This document shows, in pieces, positions 1-11,100 of a stretch of 64,000 bases of DNA. The position numbers and the translations under genes were made by a program. The stretch's first letter is position 1. Each line of letters starts with the position of its first letter. The notes under the pieces were generated by a model, which worked only from the letters and a program-made list of their open reading frames with translations, had not been told where the DNA came from and did not search any database. This stretch comes from Candidatus Hodarchaeota archaeon (GTDB lineage Archaea; Asgardarchaeota; Heimdallarchaeia; Hodarchaeales; Hodarchaeaceae), in assembly GCA_016840035.1 (NCBI GenBank), contig JAEOTC010000031.1, positions 1 through 64,000 of the forward strand. The letters are read 5' to 3'.

Positions 1-2
1 TA

Positions 3-779
3 GCAGGGGAGAAAGGAAAGATCGAATATGTATTGCGAAAGAGAGTAGAAAGATCAATCATTCTTCGGAAGGAGCGACAAGTAGTGGCATTGAACTTATA
101 CCACTCATTACATCAAAGTTTAGAAGCAAAATTAGATTTTGTCAATACAACAGGGGAAAATATTCAAGAAATTCTCATAGAAGATGTAATTCCACCAGAA
201 TTAAAAGTAAATAAAGCAGAATCACCTCAAAATATTCGCTCTATGAGAATTCCTACTCATGATTCAACCCTATATCGGTGGATCTTTAGTAATCTGCCTC
301 CAGGTGGTAATTTTTCTGTTAATTATGTTTTTAAAGAAAAACCGTTGACTCGACATTATATAACTGAGGTGGAAACTGGCTCAGGTAAATTAATATGTAA
401 CAAAATCTCTCAACCTCTCATAGATTCATTTGATTGTGAATACATTTGGATGTACACCATTGAAAACTCTTCAACTAATGAAATCATTTTGACTGACCGT
501 ATACCACTTGACTATAGGGTATCCCTTGTAGATCCTATTCATTTACGCCCTACAATTCTACAAGAAAAAGCATGTATCAGATTGACATGGAATTTGGAAT
601 CAGATAAGAAGATTTTTATTATCCTACGAATGAATGGAATGGAATCATTTACACCTCTCTCACCAATCATTGAAATGAAAAACTTTAGTGAGGTTCAAAT
701 GATGGATACAAGTTCTGAGTCAAAAAAGGCTTTGATCGATATTAGACATCAAAAACTCAAATTCTTGGAGCTAATCTAA
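3..779 (+). CDS. Hypothetical protein with tandem DUF11/Ig-like beta-sandwich repeats, 5'-truncated by window edge
   Basis: Frame is open from position 3 (AGEKGKIEYVLRK...). Two similar units: FVNTTGENIQEILIEDVIPPELKV...YRWIFSNLPPG and YTIENSSTNEIILTDRIPLDYRV...LTWNL. Confidence 0.6.
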   Translation, partial: AGEKGKIEYVLRKRVERSIILRKERQVVALNLYHSLHQSLEAKLDFVNTTGENIQEILIEDVIPPELKVNKAESPQNIRSMRIPTHDSTLYRWIFSNLPPGGNFSVNYVFKEKPLTRHYITEVETGSGKLICNKISQPLIDSFDCEYIWMYTIENSSTNEIILTDRIPLDYRVSLVDPIHLRPTILQEKACIRLTWNLESDKKIFIILRMNGMESFTPLSPIIEMKNFSEVQMMDTSSESKKALIDIRHQKLKFLELI

Positions 780-2729
780 ATGTCTGACGTTACAAGTGGT
801 TTTGATATCCCTGATTTTGATCATGTAGTATTAGCAGTATTATGGGATGATATTTCAGGTCCTTCGATTATTTCTCTCTATCCTTTAGCTTATGATGACC
901 CTGAATCAGTAGCTTTACAAATATATCTAGCTTCAGTAACAGTTTTCGGGCAGCACGGGCAATCTCAGAGAACAGAATTTAGTGTTCCTTTGTTAAGTTT
1001 GGGAAAAAATATTTTAGCTCGTGTAGCTTTTGATGCTTGGTACGATCCATCAATCCGTGGAGAAGAGAGGCCCTTTTTCTTAGCTATCATTGCTAAGCAT
1101 GATAGTGCAAATTTATTAAATACACATCTTGATACACATATTTTTACTTACCTAGATTATTTAAAACAAGAGAAAGACTTGTTTAATGCAAGAGTTGTTT
1201 GGCAAAGAATTACTGACTCAATAACCGAACCAACTCTCAAAAGTGCGCATTTTGATCAGGCTAGTTTAGATTCGGAATATGCGATTTCTAAAGCCTTGAA
1301 AGATTTGCAAAAGGCAACTACTGCTTGGGAAAAACTGAAAGACCGCACTCAATTATGGGTAGCAATGAAAGTAGCAAACAGATTAGAAAAAATAGATGAT
1401 AGAGCAGCTGGTGAAGCATTTCTGTTATCTGGCACTATTTTTCAGGCCTCCAATAATTTCCACGATGCTCAATCAGCTTTCAAGCAAGCAACTGAAGCAT
1501 TTTCCAGAGTTCATGAATTTCAAAAATCAGGTCAAGCTTTTTGTCTTGCGGGAAAGATGGCTTATCAGTTAGGAAATAACGACCAGGCTATTGAGTTATT
1601 TCAAATTGGTGCAGGCTGGATAAAAGATATCAAATCACAGGCTTCCCTCCAATACGATATGGCTCTCGTATATCAGGACTTAAATCGCTTTGAAGAAGCA
1701 AATGGAAGTTTCGAGAAAGCAGTTAAATTGATTGAAGAGTTCAATAGTCACGATGCAGCAAAATATACTTCCACATATGCAAGTAAATTGATGCTTCAAG
1801 CAGACAAAGAAAGAGAAGAGAATCCAGCATATGCTCTTGGTTTGACACGCAAATCTGCAGAACAGAGAGTAAAAGCTGCAGAATTTTTAAAAGCAAGTGA
1901 TGAAGGACTTGAAGAAGCAGCAACATCACTAATGTTGGCATCTAAGATATACTTTTCCTTAGAGAACGAAAAAATGGGAATAAATCTGGTTAAGGATGCT
2001 TCTTCATTATTTAGACAAGTAGAAAACATTCAATCGGCTATTAAAGCTTTATACGATGGTGCTCAGACAATAAACGATACAGAAATTAAGATATCATTAT
2101 TAAATGATGCTTCCTCATTTATTCCTAAAGAAAATGATGTTGAATCTCTGAATAGACTATTAGGGTTAATTAAATACGAAATTGGTAAGCTGGAATTTGA
2201 AAGAAATCACCTTTTGGTCTCTAAAGAAAATCTTTTCCAATCGAAACAACTGTTGACATCAGCCAAAGTGACATCTACCGAAATTATTCCCGTATTTTTA
2301 CTTAATGCGAATATATCCTTTAACTTTGAGAGCTTTGAGGAAGCTGCAGGTGATTTTTATAGCGCTTATGAGCTCTTGTCAGAATTGGAAGAAACAGATT
2401 CTGTTAAAAATCAAAAAACACGAGTACTAACAAACGCATTGATTAGCTGGAGAAGAAGCAGTACAATATATCACAACGCAGGATTAGTTTCCCTAACAAA
2501 TGAGAGAGAAAGAGAAGCTGTTGAATATTTCACTCGATCGGCAGCTATCTTAATTGGATGGGCAGAGAATAATGAACTTGACTCTCAAGATGAGATTCAA
2601 AAGATATTGCAAGAAAGAATTCAGAAATTAAAGTTAAAGAATGACTTATTCCTCTTAGCAGAGTCAAAGCACAAAATTGATGCCATAATTTCTGATCTTT
2701 CCACCTTAGTCAATGGAAAAACGTCTTAA
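780..2729 (+). CDS. Longin/uDENN-like N-terminal domain fused to TPR/alpha-SNAP-like helical repeats
   Basis: N-terminal VVLAVLWDDISGPSIISLYP fits the hydrophobic-(F/W)D-x3-GP-hydrophobic start of uDENN/NPRL2-type longin domains. From about aa 165 on, Ala-rich helical repeats such as AAGEAFLLSGTIF and KSGQAFCLAGKMAYQLG. Confidence 0.6.
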   Translation: MSDVTSGFDIPDFDHVVLAVLWDDISGPSIISLYPLAYDDPESVALQIYLASVTVFGQHGQSQRTEFSVPLLSLGKNILARVAFDAWYDPSIRGEERPFFLAIIAKHDSANLLNTHLDTHIFTYLDYLKQEKDLFNARVVWQRITDSITEPTLKSAHFDQASLDSEYAISKALKDLQKATTAWEKLKDRTQLWVAMKVANRLEKIDDRAAGEAFLLSGTIFQASNNFHDAQSAFKQATEAFSRVHEFQKSGQAFCLAGKMAYQLGNNDQAIELFQIGAGWIKDIKSQASLQYDMALVYQDLNRFEEANGSFEKAVKLIEEFNSHDAAKYTSTYASKLMLQADKEREENPAYALGLTRKSAEQRVKAAEFLKASDEGLEEAATSLMLASKIYFSLENEKMGINLVKDASSLFRQVENIQSAIKALYDGAQTINDTEIKISLLNDASSFIPKENDVESLNRLLGLIKYEIGKLEFERNHLLVSKENLFQSKQLLTSAKVTSTEIIPVFLLNANISFNFESFEEAAGDFYSAYELLSELEETDSVKNQKTRVLTNALISWRRSSTIYHNAGLVSLTNEREREAVEYFTRSAAILIGWAENNELDSQDEIQKILQERIQKLKLKNDLFLLAESKHKIDAIISDLSTLVNGKTS

Positions 2730-2742
2730 ACATCTGAATCCT

Positions 2743-4965
2743 TCATTCTTTGAATTTAAGTGTTAACTGATCCACTAGTTCTTCTCGTCTTTGTGTTAAC
2801 CGTTTTTTCTTTTTATTCAGTCGTTTAACTATTTCTTCGTGTTTCTGATCAGACACTTCATCATTTAGAAATTTCTCATCCGCTTTTTCTAACGAATCTT
2901 CAACTTGCGCTAGCTCAGCATCTACTACATTGAGCTCTGGATGGTTGGTTGGGATTCCATTTGGATCATATTCGTACTGATCAGAACTGACATCTGGTTC
3001 TTGTTTTTGTTTATCTTTTGGGCCTAAGGTAAATGTTTTAGTAATTACTTTAGGACCTACAACCTTTTTAGCCTTAGGCGAAGGTTTTTCGCTTTTTTTA
3101 CTCTTTCGTTTGCTTTTAAGCTCCTTATCACTTAGAGATTCAGTCTCACCGAATATAAATCCTTCTCGTTCTCCCTCAGAATCCGTTAGCAGTAGATTGG
3201 GCATGTCTCCTTCAGAGAACAGAGATTCAACTTGATCTGTGAATAGACGATCAAATCGTTCCTGAGCCATCAGAATTTCTTTCCGAGCTTCCTCTAAATC
3301 GATCTTTTCACCCTCTTGAATTTTAATTCCAAATACTTTGACAATTTCACCTGCAGGAGTTTCTAAGACTGAAACAAAAGGTGTTTGCACGAATGAGTAA
3401 TCTGGAGTGTCTAATACAGTAACAAGTCCTCCAAACACTTTAACGTATTCTCCGACACCTTTAATCTCCACAACCTGAACAAATCCTCCGAGTATTTGGA
3501 CTAAGTTTATTCCGAGCCTTTCAAACACAAAAACCCCTGGAAGGCGGACTAGAGAATAGTCTTCAGTTTCCGTAATTGTATATTTTGAAGGAGTTGAGTC
3601 AAACACTGACGAAAAGAGTCCTTCCGGTCCTTTCCAACTCTTCAATTGAGAAATAGCTTGTTTTGCTTTATCAAATAATTCGGCCGTCGATTCAAGTCCC
3701 GCGGTAACCAATTCGTCTTCGGTTAGTTCGTCTATTTGTTTGGGTTTCAGTTGAAGTTTTATTTGGTCCCACTCTTCAGGAGGAACCCAAATAGTTGTAG
3801 TACCGTCGATTTCCTTTTTTGATGTCTCCTGTTCCTCTGATTCTGTTTCAAGTTCTGATTTACCCATTAATACAAGAGTTGTCCCTTTTTCCGAGACAGT
3901 CGGTATAGCAATGGTACCTTTTTTAGCTGAAACAGAAGTTTTTCCTTTGCTAATAATCTTCATATCATCTGTGGGTATAGTGAAAACCCGTTCTGGTCTT
4001 TCATAAGAGGTTTCTTGAATTGTGGTGGCAAAATTATTAATTGTACTGCCAACTTGACTATTAGGATCAACAATTTTGCCAGTTAGAGAATTTAGAACAG
4101 AGCTAAATCCATTGGTTTTTTTCTTTTGGGGGGTTAGGAGGAGGAGGACTCCAATAATGAGTAAGAAGAATGCCATATATTGAATTACATCTTTTTGGTT
4201 ATCAATCCAGCCTAACCATAAAAATAACAATAGTATAAAAGCAGATGAAAGAAATCCATCCCGAACCCTTTCTATTCTGCTTTTCAGCGCGAAATTTTCA
4301 CGAAGTAGAGTATTAATTGAAATATTCTGCCTAGGTGTGGTACCTGGAATAATAATTCCAATAATATTCAAAATTAGAGCAGTTATTAAAATTATTTCGA
4401 GTTCAAGTGTAATACTCTCTGGAATAATGAGAACAGAAAGACCTAGTAAAAGAAAAATTACTAGAGTTGCAATCCAAACCCCACGAAGAATTTCACCCAC
4501 ATAGTGCAGATAACCAAAGTGTAGAGATTGCAGGTCAAATCTGTTCCAAATGATCGCTAGAGGAACAAGAAGACATGCTGTGAGCGATTCAAATTCAGAA
4601 TAAGAAATGTCTGGAAAAGTGGTATCCCATAATTCAAAAGTTACCGTTCCAGTTGAAAAAAAGTTAATGATTAGAAATGCTATGAGTATTTTCATCGCTC
4701 TATTAAGAGGGGAAGGGATATCCCGTTCATCATGAGAAAAGATCTTTGAAACTGGAATTACGAAAAATAAAACAAGAAGAAAGCCAAATAAAGTGGCTCT
4801 TATGGCCGAATCACCGGAAAAGATAACTGCAACAATGCACCAAAAAATAAGTATAAGAGTAAAGATATAATCTAAAGGCGTTTTCGGTCGAAGAAATTCC
4901 TCCGTTTGATCAAGTGCAAAGCTCTCTAAAGAACCATATTTCTGTAATTTTTGAATATTCTCCAT
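2743..4965 (-). CDS. Polytopic membrane protein (about 8 TM) with large soluble beta-rich domain and C-terminal coiled coil
   Basis: Hydrophobic segments across aa 30-280, repeated short strand units (GGFVQVVE, GGLVTVLD, PFVSVLE) and a Lys/Glu-rich helical tail. Confidence 0.7.
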   Translation of the reverse strand: MENIQKLQKYGSLESFALDQTEEFLRPKTPLDYIFTLILIFWCIVAVIFSGDSAIRATLFGFLLVLFFVIPVSKIFSHDERDIPSPLNRAMKILIAFLIINFFSTGTVTFELWDTTFPDISYSEFESLTACLLVPLAIIWNRFDLQSLHFGYLHYVGEILRGVWIATLVIFLLLGLSVLIIPESITLELEIILITALILNIIGIIIPGTTPRQNISINTLLRENFALKSRIERVRDGFLSSAFILLLFLWLGWIDNQKDVIQYMAFFLLIIGVLLLLTPQKKKTNGFSSVLNSLTGKIVDPNSQVGSTINNFATTIQETSYERPERVFTIPTDDMKIISKGKTSVSAKKGTIAIPTVSEKGTTLVLMGKSELETESEEQETSKKEIDGTTTIWVPPEEWDQIKLQLKPKQIDELTEDELVTAGLESTAELFDKAKQAISQLKSWKGPEGLFSSVFDSTPSKYTITETEDYSLVRLPGVFVFERLGINLVQILGGFVQVVEIKGVGEYVKVFGGLVTVLDTPDYSFVQTPFVSVLETPAGEIVKVFGIKIQEGEKIDLEEARKEILMAQERFDRLFTDQVESLFSEGDMPNLLLTDSEGEREGFIFGETESLSDKELKSKRKSKKSEKPSPKAKKVVGPKVITKTFTLGPKDKQKQEPDVSSDQYEYDPNGIPTNHPELNVVDAELAQVEDSLEKADEKFLNDEVSDQKHEEIVKRLNKKKKRLTQRREELVDQLTLKFKE

Positions 4966-5188
4966 AAAAAAGTCTTTCCTGTATTATTCCGCATACTTCT
5001 TGGATTTTTAGCAAATATTTTCTGAAATGTTGATTTTAACACAATTTTCTTTAACTTCTCAAAACGATTTTCTATTTGTAATCGAGAGAATGAAGTTAAA
5101 CCAACTCTAGAAGTTTATTCACTTTTGTGATAGATTTACACTTTCATTTATATCACTTACATTTATGGTAAGTATAATGAAATTAAAA

Positions 5189-8100
5189 TTACTCTATCCC
5201 TTTAGGACTTTGACAATAAACGCAACCATCTTCTTCGACTTCTGAAATATTTATGAATGCTCCACACTGACTGCATACGATCTCATCTTCAGAGAGTGAG
5301 TCCTCTTGGGAAAGTAATGGTTGGATTTTTGGCGTGTTGCCATTGGTAAAAATTTCAGCCCTTTCTAACTCTACAATCTCATCAGTAGTAACGATTGATG
5401 AAGAGATCTTTGAAGCAATTTGTTCTTCAGTTTCCACTGCTTCAGAGCCCTTTTGACTGTTCATTAATGGTTTAACAGTTTGAGAATCTAATACTACATT
5501 AACCTCGATTTCTGTCTTTTTCTTACGGACTTTCTTCTTTGGCCTAGGTGATTTCGGGAAGTTGAAGATTGCATCCAAAGATTGCGTTTTCGGTCTGGTC
5601 TTTCTTCTCTTGTTTTTTTGTACTCTTGTCTTTGAAGTTATTGTTACAGGTCTGGGTGGTTTTTTTGTTTCTTTTGTGACAATAGAACTTCCTCCAGAAT
5701 CAGAAACCTCTTCCAAAACGGTTTCGGGTATATTTTGCTTTTCAGCTTCTTTAATATCCTCAAGATTGAGGGTTCTTTGAGATCCAGATTGAATCTGCTG
5801 ATTTTTCATAGGAAATCGGATCATTCGATCATAAATCCGACCAGGATCATAAATATCTTTTAAATACTGTTTAGTATCGACTAATTGCTTGATATCTTCT
5901 ATTGAAGTAAGTTCATTAAGCATAAAACTCAAAGTACAAATACCATGTTTGATGAAGACTGATTTAACTTTATCAAAAGCGAAATCAAATACTTGGGCTG
6001 GGATGACATGATTTCCTTTAATGTTAACCATTTGGATACGAATACCAGGATCAATAGAATAGCCGAGATCCTTTAAAATGTAAGCAGCAGTCACTTGAGG
6101 TAATTTCGATTTATATTCTCTTAGATCTTTATTGATAGCCTTTGGTTTGACAAAATATGAAGGATCAAGGTTCCCTCCTTCAACCTCAGTTCGGATTCTG
6201 TCCGAAGCTTTGAATGCATTTTGATATATTTGTTCTAATGTAATTGGGTTCTCTGGATGGTAATCTTCCAAATATGCTTTTATGATCTCTTCTTGAAAGT
6301 GTTTTTGAAGTTTGGAAAAATCAGCCCTTTTAGATTCTAAACCAGTAATTTCCTCCTCCTCCCACTTATTATCCTGTTTTAAATGATTGTAAACAATATA
6401 TTTCTTCTTCCCCATAACAAATTGGAAGTCATAGGGGCCGTCTTGTTCGAATTGTATTAAACTCTTACTTGTACGTTTAATTGTGCTACCATCATTTAAC
6501 CAGTAGTTATCATTTTTGAATCCGGCCTTAACAACTTTTTCATTCAAAATCTTATCGATGAGACTAACTTTGAAATATATTTTTTCATCCATTTCCGATG
6601 GATTACTTAAAGTAACTTGAAAATCAAGGGGGAAATCTTTGGGAACCCATAACCAGACCCCATCCGTATCCAACTCTGTAACCATTCCAATAGATTCTAA
6701 TTGATTAGCAACCCAGTGAATTAAATCCGCAGATAACTTAGTTGTAATTCCAGCGCATGGTGTACTCGCATTTCGTACCCCTGCACGCATGCCAAGAAGA
6801 CCATAGACAGAATTATGAACTCCAACATATGCATGACCTGCAAAAAATCGTTCCGTCTCATCTACAGAAATATCATACACAAATTCTGGTGTTTCAATTT
6901 CAACAATGGATTTAATGTGATCAAACCAAATACTTGAGTCTACTATTTTTGATGTATGCCCCTTTTCTTTGAATAATCCAATAGACATGTTTTTTGAATA
7001 ATTAACAGGAATCCAAGCACTCGGTACCAGATCTAGACTTGTTTTCCTTAACAAATAATCGAATTCTGCGACACCCTCTATAGACTGTAAGATTTTGATC
7101 CGAAATATCGGATAATTGGTTCCAGTCTCTTCTTTGATAGTGAACTGATAGACCGATAATTGTAGTAATAATAATGGAAGGTCAACGAAGGCCAATCCAT
7201 CGCTTATAGTGGAATATCGAATAAATTTGTTCTCATAATCGATAGTACCATCGCCAGCTATTAAAGTTTGCAAAAACTGAATTTTCGCTTCATTAGGTAG
7301 GTTAAATACTAAGTTTGGAATTCTTTTCGTCTTCGAATCATCACCAATACCAAGAGAATCGAGAATAGAATATGCAACAGCATTATTTGATTGAACATAT
7401 ACAACAGTAGAGTTTTTGTTATCGGATAAGGTAGGATCGCCAAATATCGAAGCACATTGAATCATATCTTGAATTATATCTTTATCGTTATTACACACGT
7501 TAACATCATATGAATTCCTTTGAATTCTTCTATAGCCTTCGCTAACATAATAACCTAGATATCTAGCCAACTTTTCAGTTGGGACTAGAGGCTTTAGAAA
7601 TTGGCCACTATAGTGTCCAACCTCCCATTCTTGAAAGACTTCATTAGGGATAAACTGAATGAATTCAATTACATCTATTAATGGTACATCATATGACTCA
7701 GTGTGATGATTTCGTTTAGCTTTTTTTATTATTATCTCAAGGAAACTCAAGTAATTCTCTGATCGTTCATTCGTTGAGTAATATTTCCCATCATCTTTAA
7801 TAAAATCATATTTGACTAGTCTTTTTGCGTTCTTCGTAGCAGTTCTTGGGTCAGAAAATATTCTTTTTATTTCTTTATGGGCAGTTTTAGTTTTTGATTC
7901 TACCAGTTTAGAGAGAATCTTAATTTCCGTTTTCCATCTCTTAGATATAAAATATCCTCCCCTTACTTTTAAAATGAGATTAATATTGTTTTTTATGAGA
8001 ACAGAGGGATCTATCAGTTTTATTAAATTGATCTCAACGGATCGATATTTGGAGGGCACGGGAGGAAATAGCTTGGGGATCACCAGCTTCTCTCCTCTTT

Positions 8101-11100
8101 TTAATTCAGCTCCTCTTCTTACAACGATATCCTGATTGTCTTCTACAACGAAAACACTATGATCTTCGGTTACCTTCACCTTTCTTCCGTTCTCGGTTGT
8201 AACCAAAAACGATTTATGACTAGTTTTATGTTTAAAGACATGAGTGATATCTTTAATTTTAATTCTCCCAGAATTATCAAAGGTAAAAGTTTTAATTCCC
8301 TTCTTAATTGAGTTTGATAGAATTTCTTGTGAGTGTAAATTTCTATTTACGAAATCACCTATCTTTACCGGTTGAATACCTTTTTCATCAATGATTACTA
8401 TCGGTTCATCATAAAAGATAGAATTTAGCGGAACTTTCATTCCTAGTTGCGTACTGTCGTGGAATTTCTGCTGACGAAGCATATCTGGTGGGACTGGTTG
8501 ATTAGCCATGCTTTTCTGTTGGATGACCTGTTTTAGTCTTTGAGCCTCAAATTTATGTCTCACTCGAGTAATAAAGAAGTCGTCCATAATCCGAGCTACA
8601 AAATTAAATGCTTTCTGACAAACACGTGATTGTACAGATATGAGGACAGTAATCTTTTTTGTCCGAACATCAATGCTTAGATATGTATTCTTAGGAAGAT
8701 GGAAATCATCAGGTTGATCTTCAAAAATATCAAAATGGTTTTTATCTAAATGAATCCCTAGTTGTGTAGCATCAACTGTTTGATTTAGCCATCTTTTAAT
8801 CTTTTTAAAAGGATCGATTGAGGTTGAGTTCTTCCCTAAATATGATTTACCTAGTGGAATCTTTATTAATCCTGATTTCTTCTTCAATCGATAGGCCTGT
8901 GTCTGCTTCCCATTGTAGGTAAGAATTTCTTGAATTCGTCCAAAAGTAGCTTCTTCAGGTTCATATTCTTTACATGTTGATTCATTTTTGGTTGTACAAA
9001 TAGAGGGATCACATTTGGAGGAACCTTTAATTCTATGTTTACAAGGCCTTCGAGCTGTTAGTTTGATCACCCAATCTCCTTCAAAAAAGCAAGAATCATC
9101 TTTTTCACGATGTTTACATTCTTTGCATTTAGATAAGGGGACTATTCCAGATGGTTGTAGCTTATATTGCCGTATTTGTGAGGGGTACATAGATGTGACA
9201 TCTACATGCACACCCCTCATTTGAACAGGACCAGTTGTTTCAATTAATTTTTCAACTTGGCTGAGTGTCTCCTGTACAACATTCTCAACCCCCTCAGTTT
9301 GAATATTTGCAAGATCCTCCAGAATTCCACGTAATAGATCATTTTTTTCTTCAAAAAGTGATTCTGATACCCCATTTTTTTTCAAAGCTACCTTGAAATT
9401 CTTGAGCAATAATTCAAGATCATCTGTATAGGAGAGTGATAAATCACCAAATTTTTCAAGGATTCTTCTCTCAAATTGATTTTTCATTTCCCTTTTGGCA
9501 ATATCTTTACTGTTCTTAGTAATAATATCTTGAATAAGTGGTTTAAGTTCGATTAAAGAATTCTTATCAGGTATGAATTCAGTAAAAATATCACTACGGA
9601 ATATACCTGATCTTCTAGCCTCAACTAAACCTCCTGTGTAGGCAAATGAATCAATCATCAAGTTAGGTGAGAACGATTCAATGTACTTTTGTTCAATACG
9701 TCTCCTACCAACAATGTTAAAATGATGATCCTCGGCATCTATGAGTAAATCATCCAAAGATCCCGCACGACGAGTTAAAAGTTCTGATGATGGGACAGGA
9801 AACATTTGACCTAACGAAATGAAAAAATCTAGAACGATTTCTTTAACATATCTATAGGTTATGTAACCATCACAGGCAGCATAGCCAACTGCATCAACAG
9901 GACTTTCCTCGATCGCAAATAAAGCTTCTCGGCCAATCGGAATAATTTTTAACTTTTTCTCGACGCTTGGTTTCAATCCTAAATCTTTTTTTGGTAAATA
10001 GCTATACTTCTCATTGAACAAATATGCATCAAGATGAATTACTCCTCCACCAGCAACAGAGTCGATACTTGCAGGGGAGTAATTTTGTCGAAGATCAATT
10101 TTACCTTTATCTTGTCCATTGGGTTGACGTTTATATTTGATTTTAAATCCAGTCCTCCTCTCTAGTGAAATATTATAGTTGGAGGAGCGAACTGCTAAGA
10201 ATGGTATATCAAAGCGATCACCAAAAAAATCTGCGATAATATCAGGTTTATAATCCTCTATTATTTCGTAGAATCTGTGTAGAAGCTGTTGTTCAGTTTT
10301 AAAAATCTTTAATTCAACAGGAACACGTTCTATTATAATTTCAGACGGGAGTTCAGTACCAGTCTTACACCAATCAACCCACGGTTTTGAATGATCCGCG
10401 TCCTTTTGTTTCAGGATAATATCAATTCCTGAAACATCTTTTGTTTCTACAACCTCGTCATTAATTATCAAATGATTAGTTTCACCTGTAAACAACGAGA
10501 TCATTGAAATTGCATCACGATTTGGATTTGGTTCACGAGTTTGATCAAAGACAGTCTCAATATCATAGGCAAGAATTCGAAGTTCAGGAGGAGCTTTATT
10601 TCGAAGAATTTCTATTTGGTGGATTTGCCCACCACTAATGTCAGCTTGATACCACGATCCAACCCTAATGTTATGATCAATAGCAACTCTGTGGTTATAG
10701 AGAACATCCGCTTCACGCCACTCGACAACACCTTTGATTTTCTCGCACTGTGACCTTAAACTTGGTACAGAACGAGGATGGTCAACTGTAACCTTTAAAA
10801 AGTCTTTTTTGACAAGGAAGGTAAGATCAGCCGCATCGTGACACACTTCTTTCGAAACTGCAATGACCTTATTTTCTCCCATTTCCTGAATCTGGGCAAT
10901 TATGCGGTTGATCTGATTGGATTGTAAGGCAGGAGCTATCAGGAGGTAAAAGTAAGGAGCATGCCTTAAAAACGCACTTCGTTTATTATGTTGCTCATCC
11001 AAAAAATATATCTGAATTCCATTTATTATTTTTCTATTAGCTCTCGTAGAGTATGTATCATCGCTATCAAAAGTAGATTCATAGGTTTCATCTTTCCTAC

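Noticed and set aside
5560-5600. PIP-box in the polymerase linker (KTQSLDAIF) and at the MutY C-terminus (IPLDTFL)
   Set aside because: Neither fits Qxx[LIM]xxFF well enough to call without conservation data.
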